Part shown: in pieces, positions 1-9,290 of the stretch
Numbering within the stretch: the first letter of the stretch is position 1
How the letters are laid out: each line of letters starts with the position of its first letter
Origin: a bacterium
Lineage (GTDB): Bacteria; SAR324; NAC60-12
Assembly: GCA_965209155.1 (NCBI GenBank)
Contig: OZ242383.1
Coordinates: 1,440,001 to 1,504,000 of the forward strand
Direction: 5' to 3'
Length of the DNA: 64,000 bases
Program-made: the position numbers and the translations under genes
Notes under the pieces: generated by a model
Database searches by the model: none
Told to the model about the DNA's origin: nothing
Seen by the model: only the letters and a program-made list of their open reading frames with translations

Positions 1-3000
1 TTTCGGATGAAAATGACTGAGCAGAAAAGAGATACGTTTTGAAGCGATGGGCTGCCAAAGACCGTCATCCAAAGTAACCCCAGCCTCGCTATATGGCAAA
101 TGGAGCTCATATAGAATATGGACTAGGACCTTGGAAAGCGGTTGGGTGAGCGGCTCAAACTGCATCACTTCTTCAGCGCTTTTACCGGCCAGGCTGGATT
201 TGGTTTGAACGAGGGTCTGCTGCCACTGGCCGGGAGACAGACGGCTCAGTTGACACCCCAATTTCTCCAGAATTTCCTCGCCCGTTTTCAGGGCCTTCTT
301 TAATTCACCCTGGTTGGTGTACGCCTTGATCAGGCATTGATAAACATTGGCCAGGTCCGGGTCCTCTCGGGCGTTGTCTTTTACGGCACCCGCCAGCTTC
401 TCCATCAGGTCAAACTGGCCACAGAGCCATGACATCTCCGTGGCTTCCTCATGCAGGGATAAGGCCAGGGGGTATTGTCGTTTCCAGGCGGTGGCTCCTG
501 AAAGCTCCAGACCTATGGTAAAGTATTCCAGGGCCTGTTCAAAAGCCGAAGCCGCCCTGGCCTGACGACCGGCTTCCAGGTTGAGTTCTGCCAGCTGCGA
601 TCGTTCTTTCCATTTATCATTCACCCTCCGGGCCAGGTTGAAATGATGGACGATGTCAAAAAGCAGAGCTTCACCTTTCTCCGGAGCGTATTGCTTGAGC
701 AGGGTCTGACCGATTTGAAGATGGACCGTCTGTTTCTCCTTTTGGGCAATGAGGGCATAGGCAGCCTGCTGCACCCGGTCATGCAGGAATTTGTAACTGC
801 CGCTCTCCACGCTCGCTCCGGCGGTCGGATTATCCAGATCCGGGGCCCGGGAAAAACCGAGAATCAACCCGGTTTCCAGGGCCGGTAACAGGTTCTCATT
901 GATCTCCCCGCTTCCTTCTCCGCTGATCAGCTCCAACGATTCCAGGTCAAAAGTATTGCCGATGCAGGCCGCCAGGCTTAAAAGTCGCCTGGTTTCAGAG
1001 GAAAACCGGTGGAACCGGTCAACCAGCAACTCCACCACATTATCGGTCACCGCCAGGAACTCGATGGCAGCCAGGTCCCAAATCCATCGTTTTTCCTCAG
1101 GTGAGTAGTGGATCAGGTCCTTCTCGGAGAGTACGGTCAAGAATTGGCTCACAAAGAAGGGATTGCCGCCGGTTTTGCGCACCAGGAGCTCGGCCAGCGG
1201 TTTGGCCTCTTCGGGACGGCAGTGGCAGGTATGGACGAGCAGTTGTGAGATGTTCTCTGGGTTCAGGGGCTTTAAGGGGATCCTTTGCAGCGGCTGGCCC
1301 GTTTTTTTGATCACCTCACAACTGTTCATCAACCGATGATCGACATCCACCTCGTTGTCGCGATAGGCCCCCAGGAAAAGCAGAGGTTTCCTCTCCGGAT
1401 CCTGAGCGATCCGTTCCACCAGCTTGAGGGTATCAGCGTCCACCCACTGCAAGTCGTCCAGAAAAATAACCAGCGGATGGGTTTTTTCACAGAAAACAGA
1501 GATGAAATCCAGTAAAACGGCAGTGAAACGGTTGCGGGCCTCCAGCGCTCCCATTTCCGGCAGCGGGGGTTGCGGGCCGATCACCTGTTCCAGTTCCGGG
1601 ATCACCCGGGTCATCAATTGTCCGTTGGGCCCCAGGGCCGCCCGTATCCTGTTTTTCCAACGCTCCATTCCGGATTTGCTTTCGGCCGGTACCCGGATTA
1701 GTCCCCTCAATGCCTGGATCAGGGCGCTGTAGGGGATATTGTGCCGGAGCTGGTCAAACTTGCCGGAGAGGAAGAAACCGTTTTTTTGGGCAACGGACTG
1801 GTGAATTTCACCGACCAGGGCGGTTTTGCCGACACCGGCGCTTCCCGAGACCAACACCATCTCGGTCGCTCCCTGGCTGACTCGCTCCAGGGCGGCCTCC
1901 AGGGCGGTGATTTCATCCTCCCGGCCGTAAAGCCCCGGGGCGATCTGCAATTCTTTGGGAATGTCCTGGCGACCCAGGGGAAAGTCGATCAGGCTCTCCT
2001 GGTTTTCGAGTTGCTCCACACATGCCAGGAGATCGGATGCCAGACCCGAGTGACTCTGGTAGCGCGCCTCGGCACGCTTGGCCAGCAGTTTCATCACCAT
2101 ATTAGAAAGGACTCTGGGTACTTGCGGTTCAATCTCGTCAGGGGACAGGGGCTGCCGGGCAATGTGAGCGTGGATGATTTCCATGGCCTCCCGGGAGTGG
2201 AATGGTACCCTTCCGCTAAAAAGTTCATAGAGGGTGACGCCCAGGGAATAAAAATCACTGCGATAATCGAGCACCCGGTTCATCCGGCCGGTCTGCTCGG
2301 GGGAGAGATAGGGCAAGTTTTCCCCGGTGAGCTGGGGACTCAATGTCGTCAAATTTTCCTCAGGCAACCGGGTGGCCAGGCCGAATCCGGTCAGTTTGAC
2401 CGTCCCCGATGCCGGATCAACAAAAATATTGAACGGGTTGATCATTTTATGCAGGATGCCCTGCCGGTGCACTTCTTCCAGGATGCCGACCAGTGAAACC
2501 GATATCTTCAGCGAGTCCAGCAGGTCGAGCCGGACTAAGTCTATCAGCTTTCTTAAAGGAAGCCATTCGGTGTTTTCCAGGATCAAGACCGATCCGTTTT
2601 CATATTGCACCACTTCCTCTGCCCTGAGGACCCCATCGATCTTGAGAGCCTGAGTGATCTCATGCTCGTGCCGTATTTCCGCCAGCTCCTGAGCGCTCTG
2701 CTCGGAAACCGATCCCTTGATCAGAACCCAAAGCCCGTCGCTTTGCCGCTTGCCGCGCCAAAGCCAGGTCCGGCTGCTTTCAAAAATGACCTCCTCCAGC
2801 GAATATCCCGGAATCTCCGGTTTTTCCAGACTGAAAACGGACTTCGTTTTGTTCACAACCGGTTTTGGAGGTCCAGGAGCCGCTTTATTCGCTTTGGCCG
2901 CAGATTTCCGCAGATTTCCGCGGATATGAGAAGCTTTGGGTTTAACAACCTGCTGCTTGCGGCGTTGAGAACGGTTTTGAATCTTACCATCCGTTTGATC

Positions 3001-3279
3001 TCCTTTATTCTTCTTCGCATCCGCCGGATCATGACCAAGAACCACCTCATGCAGCAGCTTCCTGGCAATGTTGCGGGCTTCTTTGGTGGTCAAAACCCCA
3101 TGGGTGCCAATTGTATAGCGTCTCTGTCGTCCCTTGATGCGGTATTGCAGGAGATACACCCGTCTGCCTTTTGGGGTTACTTTACAGCCGAACATCGGCA
3201 ACTCCGTGTCCCACAAAAAGTGGTCTTTTCTCTCGCATGAAAGATTTTCGACGGATTGCTTGCTGATTTTGCCTTTCAT
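1..3279 (-). CDS. Multidomain protein: integrase arm-type DNA-binding domain + Ser/Thr pseudokinase + AAA/STAND-type ATPase + helical region (3' end runs off the window)
   Basis: Hand translation from ATG 3279 (AGGAGG RBS upstream); the frame was open in every segment checked down to base 1. N-terminus MKGKISKQSVENLSCERKDHFLWDTELPMFGCKVTPKGRRVYLLQYRIKGRQRRYTIGTHGVLTTKEARNIARKLLHEVVLGHDPA; kinase motifs VLIK, HKMINPFNI, LTGFG, YLSPEQTGRMNR; Walker A GSAGVGKT, Walker B LVIFLDDLQW, KTGGNPFF, FLHDRVQQAAY. Confidence 0.88.
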   Translation of the reverse strand, partial: MKGKISKQSVENLSCERKDHFLWDTELPMFGCKVTPKGRRVYLLQYRIKGRQRRYTIGTHGVLTTKEARNIARKLLHEVVLGHDPADAKKNKGDQTDGKIQNRSQRRKQQVVKPKASHIRGNLRKSAAKANKAAPGPPKPVVNKTKSVFSLEKPEIPGYSLEEVIFESSRTWLWRGKRQSDGLWVLIKGSVSEQSAQELAEIRHEHEITQALKIDGVLRAEEVVQYENGSVLILENTEWLPLRKLIDLVRLDLLDSLKISVSLVGILEEVHRQGILHKMINPFNIFVDPASGTVKLTGFGLATRLPEENLTTLSPQLTGENLPYLSPEQTGRMNRVLDYRSDFYSLGVTLYELFSGRVPFHSREAMEIIHAHIARQPLSPDEIEPQVPRVLSNMVMKLLAKRAEARYQSHSGLASDLLACVEQLENQESLIDFPLGRQDIPKELQIAPGLYGREDEITALEAALERVSQGATEMVLVSGSAGVGKTALVGEIHQSVAQKNGFFLSGKFDQLRHNIPYSALIQALRGLIRVPAESKSGMERWKNRIRAALGPNGQLMTRVIPELEQVIGPQPPLPEMGALEARNRFTAVLLDFISVFCEKTHPLVIFLDDLQWVDADTLKLVERIAQDPERKPLLFLGAYRDNEVDVDHRLMNSCEVIKKTGQPLQRIPLKPLNPENISQLLVHTCHCRPEEAKPLAELLVRKTGGNPFFVSQFLTVLSEKDLIHYSPEEKRWIWDLAAIEFLAVTDNVVELLVDRFHRFSSETRRLLSLAACIGNTFDLESLELISGEGSGEINENLLPALETGLILGFSRAPDLDNPTAGASVESGSYKFLHDRVQQAAYALIAQKEKQTVHLQIGQTLLKQYAPEKGEALLFDIVHHFNLARRVNDKWKERSQLAELNLEAGRQARAASAFEQALEYFTIGLELSGATAWKRQYPLALSLHEEATEMSWLCGQFDLMEKLAGAVKDNAREDPDLANVYQCLIKAYTNQGELKKALKTGEEILEKLGCQLSRLSPGQWQQTLVQTKSSLAGKSAEEVMQFEPLTQPLSKVLVHILYELHLPYSEAGVTLDDGLWQPIASKRISFLLSHFHPK

Positions 3280-3340
3280 CGTCCTCCTGCTATTTTGGAT
3301 ATCAAATAAAAATCAATGATTCTGCTTGACGCATCGAGCA

Positions 3341-3478
3341 ACGTCACTGCCGCGGAAAATAGAAAGTAAACAAATAGCAAACATTCGTCAACAGAATTAT
3401 TTATCAAAGAGAGTCATGCCACATCACTGCTGCGGAAAATAGAAAGTAAACAAATAGCAAACATTCGTCAACAGAATT
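3341..3478. repeat. 58-bp direct repeat, two copies, 80-bp period
   Basis: 3341-3398 and 3421-3478 differ at 2 positions; 22-bp unique spacer. Confidence 0.95.
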
Positions 3479-3648
3479 GTTTGTCTGGTGGATGGTCGAA
3501 TCCCGGAGAGATAAGATGATGAGTAACTTACCGATAAAGGCAGTATCTTCGTGGTCACTTGCTCTAAATCCTCCTCCATGCTAATTTGCACAAGGTCATT
3601 TTTGAACATCCTTTCTATCACTATCCTATAAAATTATGGTTTACTTCA

Positions 3649-4528
3649 ATGCGTTTACCCATCAATATTTCCGATCTATTGCAACGCAAGGTTGTTGAAT
3701 CCGAGCGGATTGAATTCAAAGCAAGTTGGAACCCTGCTCCCATCATGCGTACCATTTGTGCGTTTGCCAACGATTTTCAAAATCTTGGTGGGGGTTACGT
3801 TATCGTAGGTATTGAGGAAGCCAACGCACAGCCGGTTATGCCCCCGAAAGGTGTTCCTACCGGTCAACTTGACACCATTCAAAAAGAACTATTGCAGTTT
3901 TCCCATTTGCTTCAACCGCATTATTTCCCAATTCTCAGTATCGAAACCTATCAAGAACAAACAGTTTTGGTAATCTGGGTGCCTGGTGGATTGGATCGCC
4001 CTTATAAGGTGCCTAAAGATGTTTGTGGTCCACACAAAGAATATCGCTACTATATCCGACGCTATTCCAGCACGGTAATCGCAAAGGATAGAGAAATTCA
4101 GGAATTAGTAGAATCAACAAGGGTCCCTTTTGATGACCGTATTAATCACAGAGCTTCTGTAGAAGATTTAAGTTTGTCCTTGATCAAATCGTTTCTCAAA
4201 GAGGTAAATAGTGCTCTCGTTGAAGAAGTCGATCAATTGTCTTTTACCGAATTTTGTCGACAAATGGCTCTTGTGGAAGGGAGTAGTGAGTTTTTGAAGC
4301 CCCGCAACGTTGGACTCTTATTTTTTAATGATAAACCCGATCAGTTTTTTCCTCAGACTCAAATCGATATTGTTCAGTTTCCTGATGGTTTGGGGGGTGA
4401 TGTCTTCAAGGAAAAAATTTTCAAGGGTCCTTTACACAAGATGCTCAGAGAAGCTTTGGAATACTTAAACGCTATTCTGATTGAAGAAATTATCGTCAAA
4501 CACCCTGACCGTGCCGAAGCTGATCGAT
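3649..4528 (+). pseudogene. AlbA_2/Schlafen-domain transcriptional regulator/ATP-binding protein, 5' part (IS21-interrupted)
   Basis: ESERIEFKASWN...ICAFAND...GGYVIVGIEE motif; rejoins 8245 in frame as AEADRFYNYP when the IS and one TSD copy are removed. Confidence 0.9.
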
Positions 4529-4876
4529 TGTTAACGCCACTGTAAAACTTAACCAAGTGTGGCGACTTGAATGATAGCCAATAGTTAGCGGATGTTTTTT
4601 TACTACTTTTTACTTTGTCTCGTTTTTTCTTCTATTCATTTACTTTCCAATCAATAAATTTTGTTTTCCTCTCCATTTTCTTTCTCATGCTTGTTCTTCC
4701 TTCCTCTGAGAGCTGAATCAACATGGAGCGAGCAATGGTGTAAGAAGTTGTTTTACCTGTTCATTTTTCTTCTTCATTTGAGTGGGAGGCAGTGATTTCT
4801 TTGATACTTTGAGTCATGTTCCTGTAAGACAAGTTTTTCTTGAAGGAAGCCCCTCAAAGCATCAACAGGAGATCCT

Positions 4877-5407
4877 ATGCAAACAGGTAGATGCATCAAC
4901 TGCCACCAATTTTTCCTCCGCCGCCCTCAAAACAAGGAGCAAAGTTACTGCAGCCTGAAGAGGTGTCAGCGTGCGCGCAAGACGAATTGGGAGCGTAAAA
5001 AGTTAGCCAGCGATCCAGACTATCAACAGAACCGAAAAGCTAGTCAGAAGGCTTGGCAAGAAAGCCACCGCGATTATTGGAAAGTCTATCGAGAAAAACA
5101 TCCAGTTCAGGCTGAGCGCAATCGAAAACTTCAGTTGATCCGCAATGCCAAACAGCGGGGGTATATTGTGGAAAAACTCTCGATGAATACCATTCCTTCC
5201 ATCTCTCCGCTCAGATCAAAGCCCTTCTCGCTCTCATCAGTGCCGATTGCAAAGACGGACGCGTCCATCCCTTATCAATTCTGCCTTATCGCCTCCTCCG
5301 ATGAGGATTTGATTGCAAAGATGGACGCGTCAAATTCCTCCCCTGCCCAGATTTTTAAGGCTTTTGTTGAGCTTCCTTTGATTGCAAAGATGGACGCGTT
5401 AACCTAA
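4877..5407 (+). CDS. IS21 passenger protein with C4 zinc-finger-like N-terminus and three IAK(T/M)DA repeats
   Basis: CINC...YCSLKRC cysteine pattern, basic helical region, AGGAG RBS. Confidence 0.75.
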   Translation: MQTGRCINCHQFFLRRPQNKEQSYCSLKRCQRARKTNWERKKLASDPDYQQNRKASQKAWQESHRDYWKVYREKHPVQAERNRKLQLIRNAKQRGYIVEKLSMNTIPSISPLRSKPFSLSSVPIAKTDASIPYQFCLIASSDEDLIAKMDASNSSPAQIFKAFVELPLIAKMDALT

Positions 5408-5458
5408 AAGAACCTTGAGATATCAACAACTTATCCGTGATTGCAAAGAAGGACTTTA
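5245..5458. repeat. Array of four 20-bp repeats GATTGCAAAGA(C/T/A)GGAC(GCGT) with unique 46/49/39-bp spacers
   Basis: Copies at 5245, 5311, 5380 and 5439 (last one degenerate at its 3' end); IHF consensus match TATCAACAACTTA at 5421-5433. Confidence 0.9.
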
Positions 5459-5531
5459 TTGCCACCACCCTTCAGCTGAGTTAAAAAAGATGAAAACCTT
5501 GTTAACCATCCATCCAAAAGAAGGAGCTGTG

Positions 5532-5885
5532 ATGAGAAAGCAGTTGATTATGAAAAGCAGACGACGGGTGATCGAGGGAAGTTTTAGCTTCATTCCTCAC
5601 CGATTTTTGAGGGAGGGCTTTTTTGAATGCCTGCGATCTGAGGAATTGATCTTATATTTTTTTTATGTGATGGCCGCGGATGCTCAAGGACTTTCCTACT
5701 ACAGTCCCAAGACCATCACTCAACTGCTGAAAATGAAGAGGGATGTCTATCAACAGGCTTTGAGTGGTTTATTGCAAATGGATCTGATCGCCACAGAAGA
5801 GACCTTAGTGCAGGTCCTTCACTTGCCCCTGTCTCCACTAAGAAGATCCCCCTCACCCTCTGACTGTAAAGGTCCCTGTGATTGA
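5532..5885 (+). CDS. IS21 passenger winged-helix/HTH-like protein
   Basis: AAGGAG RBS at 5521; FSFIPHRFL...ELILYFFYVMAADAQGLSYYSPKTITQLLKM...QQALSGLLQMDLI resembles the HTH N-termini of replication-initiator-like proteins; overlaps the istA start. Confidence 0.7.
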   Translation: MRKQLIMKSRRRVIEGSFSFIPHRFLREGFFECLRSEELILYFFYVMAADAQGLSYYSPKTITQLLKMKRDVYQQALSGLLQMDLIATEETLVQVLHLPLSPLRRSPSPSDCKGPCD

Positions 5886-7344
5886 TCAGCATACTCTCTT
5901 TGAAATCCATCGCCTGCATGCAGAAGGACTTTCTCAGCGAAAAATTGCTCTTCGCTTGAACCTTTCCCGTGCGACGGTGAAGCGGCATCTCTGCCATCCT
6001 CAAATTGTGCGAAAAAAAATTAAAAAACCATCTAAACTCAATCCTTTTAAAGCGCATATGGAGCAATGGTTGCAAAGTGATGCCAGCCTCAGCGCAACGG
6101 TGGTTTTGCAGCGTCTGCAAGGGCTTGGATTCGAGGGGAGGTATGGGATTGTGAAAGACTATCTCAGAAAGATTCGCCCCAAACCCGCTGCGATGCCCAT
6201 CAGACGCTTTGAAAGCCAGCCGGGGGAACAGTTCCAAATCGATTGGGGTTTTTTTGGCAAACTCAGCTATGGACAAACCCAGCGAAAGCTTTATGCCCTG
6301 GCTGTCATTGAATGCCATAGCCGAAAACTCTTTGTTTATTTTAGCCATTCGACAGACCAGACGGCTTTCCATCAGGCTTTATTAACCGCCTTCCAGTTCT
6401 ACGGAGGAACTACCAAAGAACTGGTGTTTGATAACATGAAAACCGCCGTCGTTGAACGAGTGGGATCCATCATCCGATTTAACGGAGCCTTTTTAGATTT
6501 TCTCCGCCCCTTTCAGCTCATCCCGAAGGCTTGTTCGCCGAGGCTTCCGCGATCGAAAGGCAAAGTGGAGAGGGTGATCCGCTATATTCGGGATAATTTT
6601 TGGCCTCTTCGTCAGTTCAAAGATCTGGCCGATGTCCAGCAGCAAATGAATCATTGGCTGCAGACAGTGGCCAATGTGCGCCAGCATCAAACCACCTTAG
6701 AAAAACCCGATGAACGCTTTCAACCTCAAACGCTTCGAGCCTTGCCCCCTTGCTTGCCCGATTGTTATCTGACCCGCCGTGTGACTGTCTTAGCCGATGC
6801 CACCGTGACCTTCGATTCAAATTATTATTCCGTACCCGACTGGACATTAGGACACCGGCTCACCCTCAAAGCCGACCAATATGAGGTCTTGCTCTTTATT
6901 AAAGAGCGCCGTGTGGCCCAGCATTTAAGATCTTGGCAACGCAAACAACGGCTGGAAAATCCCAAACATCGAAACCCTCAAAAACGCTCCCCTCTACCGC
7001 ATCCGGACTGTGTTTATTTTCTTTCATTGGCGCCCTGTTGCCAAACCTTTCTGCAGGGCATCAATCAATCGGGGATGGCTTTACAAAAGACGATTCAGCA
7101 ACTGCTCAAACTTTTAGAGCAATACGGCTTAGACTCTTTAGTCATTGCCCTTGAAAAGGCCATCCATCACCACGCTTTTGGCCTCGATTATGTCAAAAAT
7201 ATCCTCTACCAGGAAATGAGGCCCGTCTCCCATCAACCTCCAGTGGTTTTGAAACAAGAAGCCTTAAATCATATCCGCCTCACCCCGCATTCGCTGGCCG
7301 AATATGATGCCCTCGTCCTGCAGAGAAAGAAGGGGGAGAGATGA
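5878..7344 (+). CDS. istA: IS21 transposase IstA
   Basis: N-terminal HTH, RFESQPGEQFQIDWG, LVFDNMKT, SKGKVER (DDE), NYYSVP. Confidence 0.95.
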   Translation: MIDQHTLFEIHRLHAEGLSQRKIALRLNLSRATVKRHLCHPQIVRKKIKKPSKLNPFKAHMEQWLQSDASLSATVVLQRLQGLGFEGRYGIVKDYLRKIRPKPAAMPIRRFESQPGEQFQIDWGFFGKLSYGQTQRKLYALAVIECHSRKLFVYFSHSTDQTAFHQALLTAFQFYGGTTKELVFDNMKTAVVERVGSIIRFNGAFLDFLRPFQLIPKACSPRLPRSKGKVERVIRYIRDNFWPLRQFKDLADVQQQMNHWLQTVANVRQHQTTLEKPDERFQPQTLRALPPCLPDCYLTRRVTVLADATVTFDSNYYSVPDWTLGHRLTLKADQYEVLLFIKERRVAQHLRSWQRKQRLENPKHRNPQKRSPLPHPDCVYFLSLAPCCQTFLQGINQSGMALQKTIQQLLKLLEQYGLDSLVIALEKAIHHHAFGLDYVKNILYQEMRPVSHQPPVVLKQEALNHIRLTPHSLAEYDALVLQRKKGER

Positions 7345-8078
7345 GTGAAAAAATAAAAAAACAATGTCAGAGCCTCCATCTCAGTGGCCTTTGCCAGCAT
7401 TTTGAAGCGATTTTTAAAACTGCCTCGCAAAAAAACTGGACTCATCATCAATTGCTCGAGAGCTTGTTTGATCTCGAACTGGACCATCGTCTCCATAAGC
7501 GCATTCAATTGCGCTTGAAGCAAGCCAAACTGCCCGCCACTCCCACCATCGAGAGCTTTGATTTTGCCCACCACCCCTCTCGAAAAAAGAACAAAGGCAG
7601 AATTTTACAATTGATGCAATTGGACTTTATCAAGAATAGCGAGGATGTTATCCTGATTGGCAATCCAGGGGTGGGCAAGACCCACTTGGCTTTATGCCTG
7701 GCATACGAGGCCACTCAGAACGCCATGCGCACTTTATTTACCACAGCAACCGACATGATTAACCATTTGATTGCTGCCGAATCGGACCATTCCCTGGTCA
7801 AAAAACTCAGCCATTACACCGAACCGGACCTCCTCCTCTGCGATGAGATCGGTTATCTGCCACTGGATCAACAAGGAAGCAGCCTCTTTTTCCAGGTCAT
7901 TAGTCGCAGGCATCAGAGAAAATCAACCTTTCTCACCACAAACCTGCCTTTTGCCCAATGGGGGAATCTCTTTGATTCGACCACTGTGGCCACTGCCATT
8001 GCAGATCGACTGGTAATGAATTCGGAGGTTATCATTTTAGAAGGAGAAAGCTATCGTAGAAATAAAAGAAAAAAATGA
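7341..8078 (+). CDS. istB: IS21 helper AAA+ ATPase IstB
   Basis: GNPGVGKTHLA, LLCDEIGYL, TTNLPFAQW, AIADRL, GESYR. Confidence 0.96.
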   Translation: MSEKIKKQCQSLHLSGLCQHFEAIFKTASQKNWTHHQLLESLFDLELDHRLHKRIQLRLKQAKLPATPTIESFDFAHHPSRKKNKGRILQLMQLDFIKNSEDVILIGNPGVGKTHLALCLAYEATQNAMRTLFTTATDMINHLIAAESDHSLVKKLSHYTEPDLLLCDEIGYLPLDQQGSSLFFQVISRRHQRKSTFLTTNLPFAQWGNLFDSTTVATAIADRLVMNSEVIILEGESYRRNKRKK

Positions 8079-8239
8079 AAAAGGCATATAGCCCCTTCCA
8101 TCCGCTGTTTTAAAGGTATGAGGCCACATCACATCACTGCACCTTGTCGCTCAATACTCAACCTACTCCTCTGCCCACTTAACTACGTGGTAAACTTCCA
8201 AATTGCCGTTTTTGGTATACTTTACTACTGCCATCAACA

Positions 8240-8912
8240 TCGATTCTACAATTATCCATTCTCAGCTCTGGAAGAGGCCTTGGTCAATGCAGTGTATCAT
8301 CGCAGCTATGAAACCAGAGAACCGATCGAAGTCCGAATTTTACCTGACCAAGTCACTATCGCCAGCTATCCTGGTCCTGAGGCGTCTATTAGTTTGAAGG
8401 ATCTGAAGGCTGGACGGTTTCTAGCACGACGTTACCGCAATCGTCGTATTGGAGAGTTCCTGAAAGAATTAAAACTGACTGAAGGGCGTGGAACCGGTAT
8501 TCCAAAAATCAAGCGAGAAGTCAAAAAGAATAGCTCTCCCATGCCAAAGTTCCACACCGATGAAAATCGGAGCTATTTTGTGGTTGAATTCCCCATTAAA
8601 AAAGTAAAGGTCTCTGATGGGGCCCCAGTTAAGGCCCCAGTTAAGGCCCCAGTTGAATTCAGTGGGATTGCCCTGAATACAATAGAATTCAAAATTCTCA
8701 ATCTATGTGAAAAGGGGGTTATTGGACGGAAAAATATCTTGTCTCACTTAGGGTATAAATCTATGTCTGGGAACGTAAAACAGGCATTAAAACGATTAAA
8801 GGAGAACCAATTCATCACTTATACTATTCCTGATAAACCCAAGAGTAGAAACCAGCAGTATACAATCACAGAGAAAGGCAGACTCTTTTTAAAGCAAAAA
8901 CAAAATGACTGA
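8240..8912 (+). pseudogene. AlbA_2-domain protein, 3' part (HATPase-like region + C-terminal wHTH)
   Basis: YPFSALEEALVNAVYHRSY, RNRRIGEFLKEL, EGRGTGI, APVK linker repeats, TIPDKPKSRNQQY. Confidence 0.9.
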
Positions 8913-9005
8913 AAACCGTTGTAAAAAGTATCAACCTTCCTATGTTGTTCCAGAATGCCTGTTGCTTTTCCTGGATAAGCTGAAAACAAAAAAGCAGATT
9001 GACCT

Positions 9006-9290
9006 TCAGCTATTTGGAATAGTATATAAATCCGGCGGACGCACTCTGACCCCGCTCATTTGCTCGAAGATTTCCATAATGACCCCGTATTCTTTGTCTG
9101 CCCATCCATGGGCGAAGCCGGCGAGAAACGTCTGTAGAGCCGACGAGCCAAGCGATAAGGGCACAGACAGGTTCTGGGCCAACTCAGCGGTCAGCTTGAC
9201 ATCTTTGCTGATGATATGCAGCCCCTGGTCGGCAGTCTGCCCGGGCGGCGGTTCGGGACTGCGTGTGGCGATGAGATCGACCGTCCCATC
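9006..9290 (-). pseudogene. C-terminal fragment of a 3-hydroxyisobutyrate/6-phosphogluconate dehydrogenase-family gene
   Basis: IISKDVKLTAELAQNLSVPLSLGSSALQTF...GWADKEYGVIMEIFEQMSG matches the helical C-terminal domain of this family. Confidence 0.6.

Larger units (their letters stand above)
4529..8239 (+). mobile_element. IS21-family element, 3711 bp, four ORFs
   Basis: Imperfect TIRs TGTTAACGCCACTGTAAAACTTAACCAA / TGTTGATGGCAGTAGTAAAGTATACCAA (reverse complement of right end); 5-bp TSD TCGAT at 4524-4528 and 8240-8244; istA-istB inside. Confidence 0.95.

Noticed and set aside
347..3240. Many plus-strand ORFs in the track
   Set aside because: Antisense shadows of the long minus-strand kinase/ATPase gene.
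3341..3478. CRISPR call for the 58-bp repeat
   Set aside because: Only two copies, repeat too long, 22-bp spacer.
5245..5458. Canonical CRISPR array call
   Set aside because: Repeat is only 20 bp, spacers are uneven, the array is mostly inside an ORF, and there are no cas genes; kept as a non-CRISPR repeat array.
8118..8239. N-terminus of ORF 8118..8912
   Set aside because: Read-through from the IS21 right end; real coding sequence resumes at 8240.
8621..8656. 12-bp tandem repeat encoding APVK
   Set aside because: Tetrapeptide linker repeats are common before the C-terminal HTH in this protein type.
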